Shown piece by piece: positions 36,930 to 51,825 of a stretch of DNA of 64,000 bases. Position 1 is the stretch's first letter; every line of letters starts with the position of its first letter. The notes beneath the pieces are model-generated. The model was not told the DNA's origin. It made no database searches and was given only the letters and a program-made list of their open reading frames with translations. The DNA is from Mobula hypostoma. Lineage: Eukaryota. The DNA lies in assembly GCF_963921235.1 (NCBI RefSeq), contig NC_086108.1, positions 29,328,001 to 29,392,000 of the forward strand. The letters run 5' to 3'. The position numbers and the translations under genes are program-made.

Positions 36930-37770
36930 AATTTGCCATTTAACATAACAAAACGCATATCTTTGGGATGTAGGAGGAAGCCCACACAGTCACAGGCAGG
37001 ACATACAAGCTCCACACAGAGAGGATGGAAGGTCCGGATTGAACCCAGGTTTCTGGCACTGTGACGCTGCAGCTCTACTGTCTGTAGCACAGTGATGCCC
37101 CTTGCCTCAGGTTGAAGGGCTATTCGAGACCAGCTTCATAATTCAAGTTGTCATCTGACTGTACGTATATACCACCAAATGAAACAACGTTCCTCCCAAC
37201 CACTGTGCACCCACGAAACATGTATCTCACACAGCACGTAAAGCAAAAATATTGTCAGAAACAGGCTAATAAAATCTAATTCAAAATGCATGTGAAGTGT
37301 GTAACAAAGGTAAACAGTGCAGTAAGCAGCTTGCTTCCCTAGTAACAAGACTTTGGTGATGACAGGGTATTCATTAGTCTCACAGCTTGGGGGAAGCTAT
37401 CACCCAGTCTAGCAGTCCAAGTTCTGATGCTCCTGCACCTCCTTCCTGATGGTAGTGAGTCAAAGAGATTGTGGGTTAGGTGTTTGGGATCCTCAACAAT
37501 GCTTCAGGCCCTTCATATACACTTCTGGCAAATGTCACAAGTATGGGGTAGGGAAATCACTGTAGGGTCTAGCAGTCTGATGCCTTGTAGCTCCCACTCC
37601 ATACAATGATGTAGTCATTCAGGCCACTGTTGATGGTGCTTCTGAAGAAAGCTGTGAGATTTGGTGTAGGGCACCTCAAACTCCTCAGAAAGTGTAGACG
37701 CTGCTGTGCCTTCTTGACTAATCAGGTGTTATGGTTCCAGGTTAGATCATGTTATGTGCACACCATGGCC
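36930..37770 (-). mobile_element. V-SINE fragment (36930-37100) and LINE 3' fragment (37140-37770)
   Basis: ctttgggatgtaggaggaagcccacacagtcacagg core; antisense QQRLHFLRSL and LLPSGRRCR-like motifs. Confidence 0.6.
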
Positions 37771-37964
37771 ATCAGAGTGGACAAATAACCCATACACAAA
37801 TACAGAAGAGAATAGTAACAACAGGTAAAATAAATAAATATTGAAAACACGAAATGAAGAGACCTTGAAAGAGAGTCCATAGATTGTGGGAGCAGTTCAG
37901 TGACAAGGCAAGTGAAATTGAGTGGTTATCCCCTTTGGTTCAAGAGCCTGATGGTTGATGGTTG

Positions 37965-38590
37965 CCACCAGAGAAAGCAGGATCTTCCAGTGGCCACACA
38001 TTTTAATTCCATGTCCCATTCCCATTCTGATATGTCTATCCACGGCCTCCTCTAATGTAAAAATGAAGCCACACTCAGGTTGGAGGAACAACACCTTATA
38101 TTCCGTCTGGGTAGCCTCCAACCTGATGGCATGAACATTGCCTTCTCAAACTTCTGCTAATGCCCACCTCCCCTTCATACACCATCCGTTATTTATTTAT
38201 ACACACACATTCTTTTTTCTCTCTCCCCTTTTTCTCCCCCGTCCCTCTCACTTTACCCCTTACCCATCCTCTGGGTTCCCCCCTCCCCCTTTTCTTTCTC
38301 CCTGGCCTCCTGTCCCATGATCCTCTCATAATCCTTTTGCCAATCACCTGTCCAGCTCTTGGCTCCATCCCTCCCCCTCCTGTCTTCTCCTATCATTTCG
38401 GATCTCCCCCTCCCCCTCCCACTTTCAAATCTCTTACTAGCTCTTCTTTCAGTTAGTCCTGACGAAGGGTCTTGGCCCGAAACAGCGACTGTACCTCTTC
38501 CTAGAGATGCTGCTTGGCCTGCTGCGTTCAACAGCAACTTTTATGTGTCTGGCTTGAAATTCCAGCATCTGCAGATTTCCTTGTGTTTGG
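37965..38590 (+). mobile_element. Penelope-like element 3' fragment (GIY-YIG C-terminus, pyrimidine-rich 3' UTR, terminus with mutated hammerhead)
   Basis: RKQDLPVATHFNS...LRLEEQHLIFRLGSLQPDGMNI; motif at 38455-38490 has GAAACAGC in place of GAAACGUC. Confidence 0.88.
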
Positions 38591-40499
38591 GCTAGGCATT
38601 TGTTCAGCATGGATCATTTGGGTCGAGGGGCCTGTTTCGTTGCTGTATGACTATAATAGCACTGTACTTTCCTTTGTTAGAAGAACTGCAATGAAGACAG
38701 AAACACACCACAACTTCTTAAAGACAATCAGGGAAGGGTAACAAGTTCTATCTTTGCTTGTGATACCAAAATTCCAAAAAAAAAGAATTTTTAAAAAAAA
38801 AAACTTATTATTAACAGTATTCTTGTTTCAGTTGGGAATTTTCCAAAATTCACTTAGATCAGTAGAGTCATGGAGAAAAATTACAGAAACAGATCGTACA
38901 GCCCAGAGTCAACACTGGCCATCTTCACATACACTAATCCTTCTCTATGCCTCTAACTCTCTTCCTGTTCCCATTAACTATCCCCAGACTCCACCACTTG
39001 TCTACTCTCATAGGGCAATGGACAATGGCCAATTCACCCACCAACGCATATTGTTTTGGGACGTTGAGGAAAACAACGTTTCTTGGGGAACCCCTTGTGG
39101 TCACAGAGAGAATGTGCAAACTCCTCATAGACAACGCCAGAGATCAGAATCAAACCTGAGTCACTGGAGCAGAGAAGCAGCAGCTCTACCAATTGCATCA
39201 CAGGACTTATATTCGTCAGCAGTCTGGGTACCCTGAATCTCCTATGTCAGGAGTGGATGAAAATAGATTACACTCACTAGTTCAAACCTACTCTAGAATT
39301 AAGTTTATTAGATGAAATCTTGCAAGAAAAACTTGCCACTTAGGTCAAACAATCACCATGCCCTAACCTAACCATGATAATTCTTCCAAAAGACCCTCAG
39401 CATGGCTAGTAGCCACGCTTTCCTCACTGCACCTTGTAATCCTCACCAATCACAAACCCTTGCAATAGATAGACATTACACTCTATCAACAGGTCTGCAT
39501 ATGGGTATCAATTGATCCATTTTGAATGATACTAGACTTTTCAGACAGTTTATCGGTGTTAGATCCTCAGGGCAGCTGATCACTTTATGTATCCTTGTGG
39601 GTAGCTTATTGATGTTGTTGGTGCAGAATCTAAATTACTTTCTCCATTGTCTATGCAGAATCAATTATCATCATTGACCTATATGACGTGAATTTTGCTT
39701 TGTAGCAGTACAGTGCAAAAATATATTACTATAAATTACAAAAATAAAAAGTGCAAAATAAAGAAATAACAGTGTTTGTGGACTGTTCAGAAATCTGATA
39801 GCAGAGGGCAAGCTGTTCCTGAATCACTGAGTGTGGGTCTTAAGGCTCCTCCAACTGCTCATGAAGAGAGTACATCCTCCCCAAACCAGTAAACTGTGCC
39901 ACATTTAAGTACAGAAAGAACAGCTTCAAGAAAAGACCTTCCAAGACTCTATTCACACTGGTGATCTTGAACTTCCAGTTGTGTCACATTAACTCTCTGC
40001 CCCTTTCCACACCACTGTCTGACCTTGGCCTTCTCTATTGTTGTAGAGAGGTTAAATGCAAATCTTATGCTATTCAGTTTGGTTATCTTACAACCTAATG
40101 GTATGAACACTGAATTTTCCAACTTCAGGTAACCCATACCAAGTGTTCTCGCACACACTCACTTGTCCACCTAGTTCTCTTCTTCCTCAGGATGGACACA
40201 CTAAAGAAGGAGTTAGAAGAATTCATTGATCCCTTCGGAAATCACCCACATTAAACTTATAATATGCAAGGAAGCCACCAAGTTTCTTGGGAAACAGGTT
40301 ATCTAAATTGGTTCAGGTCACCAACAATCACAGTTCAGTAACAAAGCTGCTTTTCACAAGCACACATGCTGACTCATGTGCACAAAGTCATCATTCAATA
40401 CACCCTTCTGTGAGCTAGTGCTTTTCCACTGTCAGTAAATTTGTGGAATTTGTACAGTAAACCTTTTCAAAGCTCTGAGGTTGGGCGTATGGCTTGCTA

Positions 40500-40600
40500 A
40501 AGCTTTTGGCCCGAAACGTCAACTGTAGACTTTTCCATAGATGCTGCCTGACCTGTTGAGTTCCTCCAGCATTTCGTGTGTGTTGCTTGGATCTCCAGCA
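40500..40600 (+). mobile_element. PLE terminus fragment
   Basis: ggcccgaaacgtcaactgtagacttttccatagatgctgcctgacctgttgagttcctccagcatt. Confidence 0.7.
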
Positions 40601-43061
40601 TCTCTTGCTTGTTTCTTCTTTGTTCACCTTTCCCATCTCCTTCCCCTCCCCTCACTCCATGGCTTCATTTGCCCACCATCCCAGCCCTCACCATCAGTCC
40701 CACCACTCTCTGACTGCCTGTTTTATATCAGCAATTTTTCTTCTTCTCTCTCAGTGCAAGGTCTTGACCCAAAACATCAGCTACCACCTCGTGTTTCCAC
40801 AGGAGCTGCTTGAACTGCCCAGTACTTCCAGTGTTCTGTCTTGTTCAGCAAAACAGTAACTGCTTTCAGTCACTTCTTAAAAGTGCTATTTAAAATCTTG
40901 CTGATATCAAATGGCGTGCTAGTTTAGGTCAGATTCTGTAATTGGTTATATTCCAGCTCACTGCTCTTATCACAGTTGAGAAATTAACATACATACACAC
41001 CCAGTCTCAGTGCTTTGTAAGGGTTTATAGAACAAATAAAATCCACAAATCTCCTAACGGTGGAAAAGCATTAACTCACAGAAAGATATACTGAATGATG
41101 ACTTTGTGTACGTGAGTCAGCCTGCATGCTTGTGAAAAGCAGCTTTGTATCTGAACTGTGATTATTGGTGATCTGAACCAATTTAGATAATCTGTTTTTT
41201 AAGAACCTTGCTGGCTTCCTTGCACATTATAACTTTAATGTAGAAGTGATTTCTGAAGGGATTAATGAATTCTTCTAACTCCATCCCGAGTGTGTCCAAA
41301 TTCTCCACAAGTAATTAAAATATTTCTAGAAACACTTCAGGATTCACAGATGCTTTATAAAATGACATGCCCTTCTGGGTTAGCATGCTAATTCATTTGC
41401 TCCATTCGTAAACACATAAAAGGATCACAGGGACAAGACTCTAGCACAGCACACAAATTCATTGACTTTCTTCAATTCCACAACCCCAGAGATCAAAGCT
41501 TTAGTACTAATGTGAATTCACAGCACCTCAAACACAGAGTAATTGCAGTTATCAAATCTATTTTTGTCAACATGAAGGTTTTGAAATAACCCATGTTAAG
41601 GCTTCAATTTTAGTCCGTAAATAGATTATGGAAGATTTACTCACTCTACAGTGGTATCCAGGTTACCATCATTTATTACCAACCCATTAACTGTAGAGAA
41701 TGGAAACCTCATTTGAAACTTGATTCTATTTGGGTTAATATTTTGTAAATAAACTTACAAGGAAGAATTTCATCTTTCTATAAAAACAATTTTAATGTAA
41801 TCGACCCGGTTACAACGCACCATAGATTACTGCCATCATACTGTCAGTAACAAGATGTGATACATTATTTCTATAAAAATTTAGTGAACGTATTCATAAC
41901 ACAACATAATGAGAACAACTTCTCATGAAGCATATCAGAAATGACAAGTCCAGTTTAGTTATTACAGGTCACTAAATTCCCATTAAAAGCTTATGATCAC
42001 ACCAACCCCATTTAAACAATGGTATGGTTTAGAGAGTATTAAGCATAAGCATGTGACTTTTAGCTTGGACTTCCCACTGTTAAATTATTTTATTTTTTAT
42101 TCTTTATTGTAACAAAACCATTTCATGCCTCACTTGTCCCGTATGCAGATACCTGACAGAGGACAGCATCTTTCCGTAGAAACAAACCCAATCACAAAGA
42201 TGTACAACTTAATTATTTTTCTTTGGAAGTTTAAACATTACAACCATGTTACTACGAAATCCAGCATTTCCTAATGGTGGTCATAATTTACTCATGAATC
42301 TTTCCTAGAGTGGTGTTTGTAAAGCTGTTAATATTTATTTACATTTACACCTTGCTCTTCAAATAGGTTTGTAGATGTCTGACTCAAAGATGTAGGGTGG
42401 ACATTAGATCATAAAATCAACATTCATGCATGTAGGCAGGATGCACATACTTATCTAATTTGGTTTTGCCCATCAAAAACAACATAACTGCAGCAAATGT
42501 GAAATGAAAACAGGAAATACTGAAGATATTATTCAAGTCAAGCAGTAATTGTGGAGAGGTAAACAAAAGGTCCACAGAACCAATCTGATCTCTACAATCT
42601 TTCCAGCAAGGCTTTTATTTTTGTTTTAACCTATGAAGCAGCTGGTTTATGTCATGTACACAAATCATGTTCTAACCCCACTTCAGTCAAAACGGTGCCA
42701 GGGATCAGCATGGCTTCCCATCTCTGATGGACAGAAAGGAAAATAGTAGCCACAACAAAAACATAATATTTTAGAAAAAGAAAAAATTATAAATTGTTCC
42801 AGTGTTTATAAAGTCAATGCAGCCCTAAAAAGGTAAAATAATGTTATTTTATGTTAAGTGGTTGTTTAGGACTGAAACCAATGAATAAAGCCAATGATTA
42901 AAATGAAATGTAACATGGGTTCAGTTTCACTGGACCAAAAAGATAATGACATGAAAGTGGGGGAAATGGCTATTTCCTTATGGAATATCAATAAATAGCA
43001 CATACTTAGCATGCATTTTGGAAAAAGTCATCAGAATGGGATGTAACAAAATGAATAATGG

Positions 43062-43245
43062 TCATCTCTGAAACTTCTTCCGTTTCTTTCTGCACTGTTT
43101 GCTATCTTCGATAACATCTGGTGGGTCTGGTATAACAAACCCATTAGTCAGCTGATAATACACCACAGTCGAGTCGGAGTCTACAGCGGCCAGAGTTATC
43201 TCCTGTTCATTCTCATTACAGATACAATCCATGATTCTTCTAATC
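43062..43245 (-). CDS. TSEN15: tRNA-splicing endonuclease subunit Sen15, last coding exon
   Basis: Acceptor ttcatttttgtttag| at 43246/43245, phase 2; (R)[42 protein letters not shown]...* matches the TSEN15 C-terminus as I recall it (RIREIL...[25 protein letters not shown]); intact to TGA. Confidence 0.9.
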
Positions 43246-43899
43246 CTAAACAAAAATGAACAACATGTCAATATATGCTTTGCCTAAACCATGAAAACTT
43301 CAAGTTACAATATTTAAGTAAAAGATATACACAAGGCGCCTTAGCAGGCTTTCATATCACTTCAATTTGCTTATTAAATTTCAAAATAATGTGATGCCTC
43401 CCTTATTGAGCCCACAATTATAGAACGCAAATTTCTTTTGTAGCTAGGGCAGATGGCAGAAGCTAAGGCAGAAATACTCACAACACAGGTAGCTTGTTTC
43501 TCACAAGTATAATCATCGGCATTTATACATTTTTCAAAAACTTATAAGTTATTGATAACCTGAACTACAAAAAAGAGAAAACTGGAATGGAGTTTTGAAT
43601 GAAATTACAAGTCTCAAATACTCCAGTGTATTGGAAGGCAAAGTGAAAGGTGAATTGAATCAGATGAAAAGTTCCCCTGCACTGAGCTTTTCTTTAATTA
43701 TTACCAGTGATGAAGATCTGCAAAAGGCATTTGCATGAGATAATCATATGACTGGCTGATGTGAGAAACTGCATCCTGCACTGGAACAGACCACTTGCAC
43801 GACCAGGATTGGTGGCCCTAGTGGTAAATACAAAAGGAGCATTGAAAGAGCTCTTGTATAGACACAGTGTGTAGGAAATGAAATCCTTGCAATCCTTTG

Positions 43900-44390
43900 T
43901 AGGGACTTGTGTCCAGGTGCCTTACAGGAATTGCAAAGCATCTGTTCGCAAGTACCTACAAAGGATTGTGAGGACTGCTATCATCAGGGTCGCTCTTCCA
44001 CCCATCCGAGATATTTATCAGGGGCACCGCATAAGTACGGCTCTTAACATTGTCAATGATCCCTCCCATACGTCCAAGAATCTCTTCAAGCTCCTACCAT
44101 CAGGCAAGTGGTACCATAGCATGAACTGTTAGGATGGAAAACTGAGTTTCCTGCCACCACCCAGGTCTCATCACATACGAAGCACCAGTAGCATTATACT
44201 GTTTACTTTTTAGCTAGTGTTGTAAATGCATCTTATTATTTAGTGGTAGTAATTTATTTCTAGTAATATTACTTTATGTGAAGTATGTGAGAGTTATACC
44301 TACTGTGTTGTGGACCTTAGTCCAAAGGAACGTTGTTTTGTTTGGCAGTATACATGTGTACAGTTGAATAACAATAAATTGAACTTGAAG
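43900..44390 (+). mobile_element. LINE 3' end (Rex1/Babar-type)
   Basis: RKYLQRIVRTA...LPPIRDIY...IVNDPSH...LFKLLPSGKWY; tail aataaattgaacttgaa. Confidence 0.75.
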
Positions 44391-46309
44391 GAGACAGGAT
44401 TAGTTTAGTTGAGCATTTGATTACTAATATAATTAGTTTGACACAAGGCCGTAGCATAAAGGGCCTGTTCCTGTGTTGTACTGTTCTGTGTTCTATGTTC
44501 TATATCTGAATTTAAACAGTTTGATGCTGTAATTCCTGGTTTACTTTTACCAAGACACATTGATGCAACTAGTTAAGAGATTCTCCAGTGAGCATCGATA
44601 GAAGTTGGTCAAAGTTTTTGGTGACATGCCGAATTTATGCAAACTTCTAAGAAAATAGAGGTGCTATTGTGCCTTCTTTGTGATGACATGCATTGTGACC
44701 TTGTGCATTAAAGAGATTGCTGAACACTAAGATGACACTCACTGCAAGGTAGTGCTTCATTTTATATAAATAATTATTGACATACCCTAAGTCACAAAGT
44801 CAAAATTAACTGGACTTCCCCTAAAATAATCTCAGATATTCTGACTGCACCAGATTTTTAAAAAACTAACAAAAATTATACCTTTACGCAGACAGAAAAA
44901 GAGCAAAAGAAAAAAAATTGATCAACTAGAAAAGCAGCATAACTGCTGAAAATCTGAATACAAACAGAAAGTGCTGTAAATAGACAGACTGGCAGAACCC
45001 AGGGAGCGAAAGCGTTTAATGTTTCAGATTAATGAGCTTTCATCTCAAAAGTAATCACTATATCAAATTGTCAAACTTATTGTGAATGAAAAAGGATCCC
45101 CTTAGAATGAAAGCCATGGAAAACATTATTCAGTTCTCCTAACATCAAATCTCCCACACACATGAATGGGTGCCTTTAATTAAAAGCATTCTACCATTAA
45201 AACTGCAGATCTATCCAGACTGTGCTGCATTATGTGCACAGTATTGAATTGATGACATTTCAGGTGACTGATTATCTGGTATCCTATCAAATTTGTCCTA
45301 TGCAATATCAGAAATAGCATGCTTTCTTTGAGAGTTAATACAGACTAACTTCATAACAACAGTAATAATTAAACTCCATTCCTGGACCAAGTCAAAAATC
45401 TTTAAACATAGAATGGCAAGCCATACTGCAATCACACTGTCCAGCAGTCTGGGCTTGATCCCAGCTTCTGCACTGCCTGTGTGAATCCTCAGACCCGCAT
45501 TGAAAGCACATCGGTTCCCCCCGAATGGTTCAGCTTCCTCCCACTTCTCAAAGGTGAACTGATAGGCAAATTGACCTTAAATTGTTCTTAATATAGGTAA
45601 AGGTGGTTTATGGTTGATGAATGCAAGAGGGAAATTAAGTCAGGGAAATACAATTAAGATGAAATGGAAATCAAGAAATTTCAGATACTAGAATTTGGAG
45701 TAAAGAACTAACAGTTGGAGGAACTCAGGGCTGGGTAGCACCTGTGGAAGCAGCAAGATCATCAACCTTTCAAGTCAAGACCCTGCTTAGAGGACAGAGT
45801 GTAGAGTTAGAGTAATATACCCTGCATAGAGTATAGATGAAACAGCCAGTTTTTTTAGATGGGAGGGAGAGGGGTGAAGCAGGTTATCCCTTTATATAGG
45901 CAGGTCTGTGACCAAGGTTCTGATACAGCTTTTGCTTCTGAGAAATTCAGACTTCTGAGAAATTTAGTATATAATTTTTCTCTGTCATACCACAAAATAA
46001 AGCTGCTATGGATAATGAAAAATCATGATAATATGTAATTTATTCTCTGTAAAGCATGTCATTACATTCTGAATTCTGAATTATGGGAAACAAAGACAAC
46101 GATATTAATGCAGCTTTTCTTTATCTCGTTTACAAATTCTCAAAACATTTGAGAGCCGAATTCACTTCAGCTGTTTCACTCATTTTTAAATGATCGAGCC
46201 TATTAGCATTTAAATCAACTGAAAAATGCTGAGGAAACATGCAAAAAAACATGATCAACCAAAACAAATTTAGTTACATGGTACATAAAATAATTTAATA
46301 ACAGGTCTT

Positions 46310-47750
46310 TACTTTATACTTTATTGTCGCCAAACAATTGATACTAGAGCGTACAATCATCACAGCAATATTTGATTCTGCGCTTCGTGCTTCCTGGAGT
46401 ACAAATCGATAGTAAATATTAAAAATTTAAATTATAAATCATAAATTAAAAATAGAAAAGGGAAAGTAAGGTAGTGCAAAAAAACCGAGAGGCAGGTCCG
46501 GATATTTGGAAGGTACGACTCAGATCTGGGTCAGGATCCATTCAGCAGTCTTATCACAGTTGGAAAGAAGCTGTTCACAAATCTGGCCATATGAGTATTC
46601 AAGCTCCTGAGCCTTCTCCCGGAGGAAAGAGGGACGAAAAGTGTGTTGGCTGGGTGGGTCATGTCCTTGATTATACTGGCAGCACTGCTGCAACAGCGTG
46701 CAGTGTAAAGTGAGTCCAAGGACGGAAGATTGGTTTGTGTGATGTGCTGGGCTGTGTTCATGATGTTCTGCAGCTTCTTCCGGTCTTGGACAGGACAACT
46801 TCCATATCAGGTTGTGATGCACCCTAGAAGAATGCTTTCTACTGTGCATCTATAAAAATTAGTGAGGGTTTTAGGGGACAGGCCAAGTTTCTTTAGCTTT
46901 CTCAGGAAGTAAAGGCGCTGGTGGGCCTTCTTGATAGTGGACTCTGCTTGGTTGGACCAAGTCAGGTCATTTGTGATATTGACCCCGAGGAACTTGAAGC
47001 TTTTGACCTGGTCCACTTGCGCACCACCGATATAAATGGGGTTGTGCGGTCCGCTACTCCTTCTGAAGTCAACAACCAATTCCTTCATCTTGCTGACGTT
47101 GAGGGATAGGTTATTGTCTTCGCACCATGCCACCAGGTTCTTAATTTCCTCTCTGTACTCAAACTCATTATTATCCGAGATATGGCTTACAACTGTGGTG
47201 TCATCAGCAAACTTATATATTGAGTTCAATGGAAACTTGGCTACACAATCAGTAAACAGCCTTGTGGGGCACCGGTGCTCAGAGTGATTGCAGAGGAGAG
47301 CCTGTCCCCTATTTTTACAGGCTGGGTCCTGTCTGTGAGGAAGTTGAAGATCCAGCTCCAGATTTGAGCGCTAAGGCCCACGTTCCAGAGCTTAGGAATC
47401 AGTTTATTTGGAATAATGGTATTAAAGGCAGAGCTGTAGTCAATGAAAAGAGCCTCACATATATGTCTTTATTCTCCAGGTGTTCTATGGAGGAATGCAG
47501 GGCCAGAGAGATGGCATCTGCCATTGACCTGTTGCTCTGGTAGGCGAATTGCAAAGCGTCGAGGTTGACTGGTAGGCTGTGGTTGATGTGTGCCATTACC
47601 AATCGCTTGAAGTACTTCATAGCAATTGATGTCAGGGCCACAGGTCGATAGTCATTCAGACATGCCACCTTGCTCTTCTTCGGCACTGGGATTATCGTTG
47701 CCTCCTTAAAACACGAGGGGATCTTAAGACTGAAGCAAGCAGCAGTTTAA
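46310..47750 (-). mobile_element. Rex1/Babar LINE, RT and 3' end
   Basis: [75 protein letters not shown]. Confidence 0.92.
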
Positions 47751-50700
47751 TAGCTCAGGAAAGAATTCTCCATTTGAAGAAAAATATAAATCAAAGAATA
47801 CATTGGTCTACTGACGAGAAAACTACATATCAATAATATGCTTCACTTGATATCAATGAATATGTAAATAGATTAAATCACTGTTTGAAAAATCAAAAAA
47901 TAATTATACCAAAAGGTTTTTAATAGAATGCAGTAACTACCAATTAATTGGATTATTTATGCAAAAAACTGTATCAATTAGGCTATTAGGAAAAAAACCT
48001 AAATTATCTTTGTTACAGTAAACATTATTTCAAAATTCAAAGATACTCGTGTTTCAGTAGTTAAATTCTTGAGTTTACAAACCAAGACATAAATATGAAA
48101 AGATTTGCATCCAACTTTAATCAATGAGCAAGATGTCTCGGGAGGCCAGTAAATCAGGTTGGACATTAAAGCAGACACAAGATCAGGAATAGGTTAGATA
48201 AAGGCTTCCCTTTTGCTCCTCCAGTGTCTTTGCTACAGCAAAAGAAAACTGGTTGTTGGGAATCTGAAATAATGGAACATTTTGGAAATGCTCAGCAGAT
48301 CTGGCAGTATCTGTAGAGGCTTGAAGATTCAGGCAGATGACCTTTCATCTGGATGCCACCTGATGTGCTGTGTAATTCCATTATTTCCTATATTGTTTTC
48401 ACAATTTCAGAACAACAGCTTGTAACTGATGTGACATGGTTTATTCATGACTCAATTTTCCAACTATCAATGTACGCTACATTTTAAAATCACTAGATCT
48501 TACAAATTTATTTCCATTTCGTACTCCACCTCCCTTCACCCAATTGTCAACTGGTCTATCTATCCTTCTCCTTTGCTTGGTATTTGAGTACAAGCTTTTC
48601 ATCCCTGGCATCCGACACACCTCATGAAGAACATTTATGCTGCACAGATATTGCTAAACTTCTGAGAGTCTATAGTGCTCAATTTTTAAATTCAGTTCCA
48701 GCATTTTGCTTTTGTGCTATGATTAGACAAGTTTTATCCATGGATTCAAGTTTTTCAATATTAGACCAAGAGTGTTCAAAGCCAAATTTCTTAGTTTTGT
48801 AGCATATAGAAAGAAACTTGCATTCCAGTAGTATGATTGGAACTCAGATCTTGCACAGCCCCATACCGCACTGGAGCCAGCATGTCTAAAAAAGCATAAA
48901 GAGGAAGGAAGCAATGTATTTAAAGAAAAAAATGATTGAACTCCATTACATTTAGTCTCTTGCATTCAAAATTAGAGCAATAAGAGATGTCCCATGCAAG
49001 GTTTGTGCAACCACCGATTCAAATCAAGAATTAAGCAATGATTAAATTTTCTCCTCATATCAAGTACAAGAAATGTGTCCCTTGAACATTCACCAACAGG
49101 AAAAGATCAACTACCCTATCATACCTTCCCCATATGATGCTATTTAGACCATTGGAGCTGCTCAGCTGTACTTCCTCCTTCGCCCCAGGCATTACTACAG
49201 CCTATTTGTCCGGAAAAGGAAAGGGTGGTGTTTATAAGGGAAAAAAGCGAAACTCTGCCCTCTTCTACCCTTAATCAACTAAGACCACTCCAGGTCATAT
49301 GGACTAAGTCACCAAAAAAGCCACTCTTTCCTGTCCTCTCAATGCCAAAAGGGGAAAAAATTGTGAATGCCTGTCTATGCACACATCATTTATTTCCTAT
49401 CCACTTGAATTGTGTTCACTTGCATTCTTCAGGTCTGCTGTGAGACATTCACCACATCAAGGACACCACTGTTGACTTTAGCGTAGTTTACCCCCAATGA
49501 ATACATTATGTAGATGCCTCAGCAGGACAAGGTTTTAGCCAGATTACTATCAAAACAAATCTGACAATGTGGCCTTAATAGCTGAACTTCCTCCTCTGTG
49601 CAGATGGCCTAGTTACTGACATTGGCAGAGAATAAAATAATGGACTTGTTGGTTTGAGGCAGTGTACGCATTTTTTCTTGTTTCCTCGCATATCACAAGG
49701 GACACTACTGTAATGATTATAAAACTAAATGAAGAGTGTCCTTCTTTCAAGCATTGAATTTTTATGATTCGATTGGCCAGGTAGCTTGAATTATATGTAT
49801 TTTTGAAGTGGACCATTCAGCCCATTATATTTATGCCTGCTCTCAACTGACTCATTCCCCTTTTCTTAAAATGACCTTTTGTTTAGCCAGATGCATTCAC
49901 TTCTGATAACCCTATCAAAAATAATGAAACTAATGGTAATTAACAACTTCAGACTTTAAGGGAGATGGACTGTTAAGCTCAGCCATCCAGTCATTATACA
50001 TGTTATTCACTTCGCAATTCGCTTTATGGAAGTAGCATCCCACAGTATAGATCATATTTTAAAGGTATGAGATGATACCATTTAACGAAACACACCCCAT
50101 AAAGTGAGTTTGTTACCACACACCCAGTCCAAGAAGGTAATAAACTTCTGTTACTGACAAACAACCTCTCCAGCACTGAAAATTGACTATTAAATGTGAA
50201 ACTCTATTCCTTCAGGTTTGAATTTAACAATTTCAAAGTGGAGATTATTCTTTTTCTCCTCAGTGCAGGTTGTCCTTGTTTTTTCGTATCCAACTTGCAC
50301 CAAATTCACCTGATGAATTTACACAATCTTTGTATTTCTTGTGTTGCTAATTTTGCTATCTCCAATGGCATTACCACAGAGCAAAAAAAACCCCTCTCTT
50401 CCTAATTGCATCATTAGCAGCTTACCCCAAGTGTGTATTTTCACACAAAATACTGAACATTAATAGAAGACTGATTTAGTTACTTTGCTACAAAAATCGT
50501 TGATGTATGATACACCTTGTAGCTTATAAAAGGATTCACATGTAGAATGGCAGCCAATTATGATTCAATGCCCTTCCTGAATTCTGCCCAGTTTCAATGA
50601 ACTTAAACCTTTTAGATAATGATATTAAGCAAAGCATCATCAAATAAGCAATGGAGAGCAAAAAATACAGTTGTAATATTACTACAAGCAGCACTGATAC

Positions 50701-50804
50701 TGGAGATCTCCTGTCCAGATGGGTAGAATGTGGATTTACATTTCTTATCTCCCACTCCTGATCTCTAACTGCTTCAATCTTTGACATGCACCATCCTTCT
50801 CATA

Positions 50805-51215
50805 CATAACTTTATGTATTGCACTGTACTGCTGCCACAAAAAAAATTTCATGACTTATGTGAGTAATTATAAACCCGATTCTGATAGTGGTCACTATTG
50901 TGGATGGACAGTGGGAAGAGGAATCATGGTTAGGAAAAAGGGAAGGGAGGAGGGAGGGAGCAGGAAGCACCAGACAGACATTCTGTAATGATCAATAAAC
51001 CAATTGTTTGGAATTAAATTACCTTGCCTGGCATGTCACAGGGCAGGGTGTGCATCACCCTCACCAACCCCACCCCTGGCACTTCTTCTCTGCCACCTGT
51101 CCCACACCCCTCCTGCAGCGCTCCACCCTCGCCACTTCCAATATCCTTTGCTCCTGCCAAATTTACAAACTCACTCTCCATTCTACAAGTGCCCAAGATC
51201 TTTGCACAGTATTTT
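50805..51215 (-). repeat. Second copy of the 4055-4450 repeat, ending in a Tc1-like TIR
   Basis: Reverse-complement similarity to 4055-4450; gtgcccaagatctttgcacagta at about 51190-51212. Confidence 0.7.
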
Positions 51216-51825
51216 ATAATCTATAGATCATGTATGAATGACAATTTTCCCTATAAATTTTGATCTTGACTTAACTAAAAAAAGAGCACAAAACTAATTA
51301 TACATAGCAGCGATAAAGCTAACTGGAAGTGTAATACTGTATAATGTTTGTTGTTCCACTAACTTTTTCCTGAATATTGAATAATTTTCTGTATGTTGGT
51401 CAAAATTTTAAAAAATGGGACTAAATAAAACTCAATAAAGTAGCATGCATGCAGAACTGTAACTTGTACAAATTTCTTAACACTTAATCTGCATAATTGA
51501 TAAGGAAAGAGAATACATTATTTCATCCATGCACAAGGATATATTAGCAGTTATATACATTTAAGAAACAAAGGAGGAGACAATGGATGTTTTTTAACAT
51601 CATAGATACCAGAACATAAAATCTAAAGGCAAATACTCAGCCAGTCAGGCAGTATGGGTGGGGAGAAAAAGAAAGTTAGCATTTCAAGTCAATAACCTGC
51701 ATTAATCAGAAACAATGGGCTGAATCATATACACCTCTCAGTTCTCTTTCCGTGTTAGCTAGTCCCTGACCTTAGCACTTGTCATTGAAACACTGAAGTC
51801 AGAGCAAACTGGCAGTCGTGTACTC

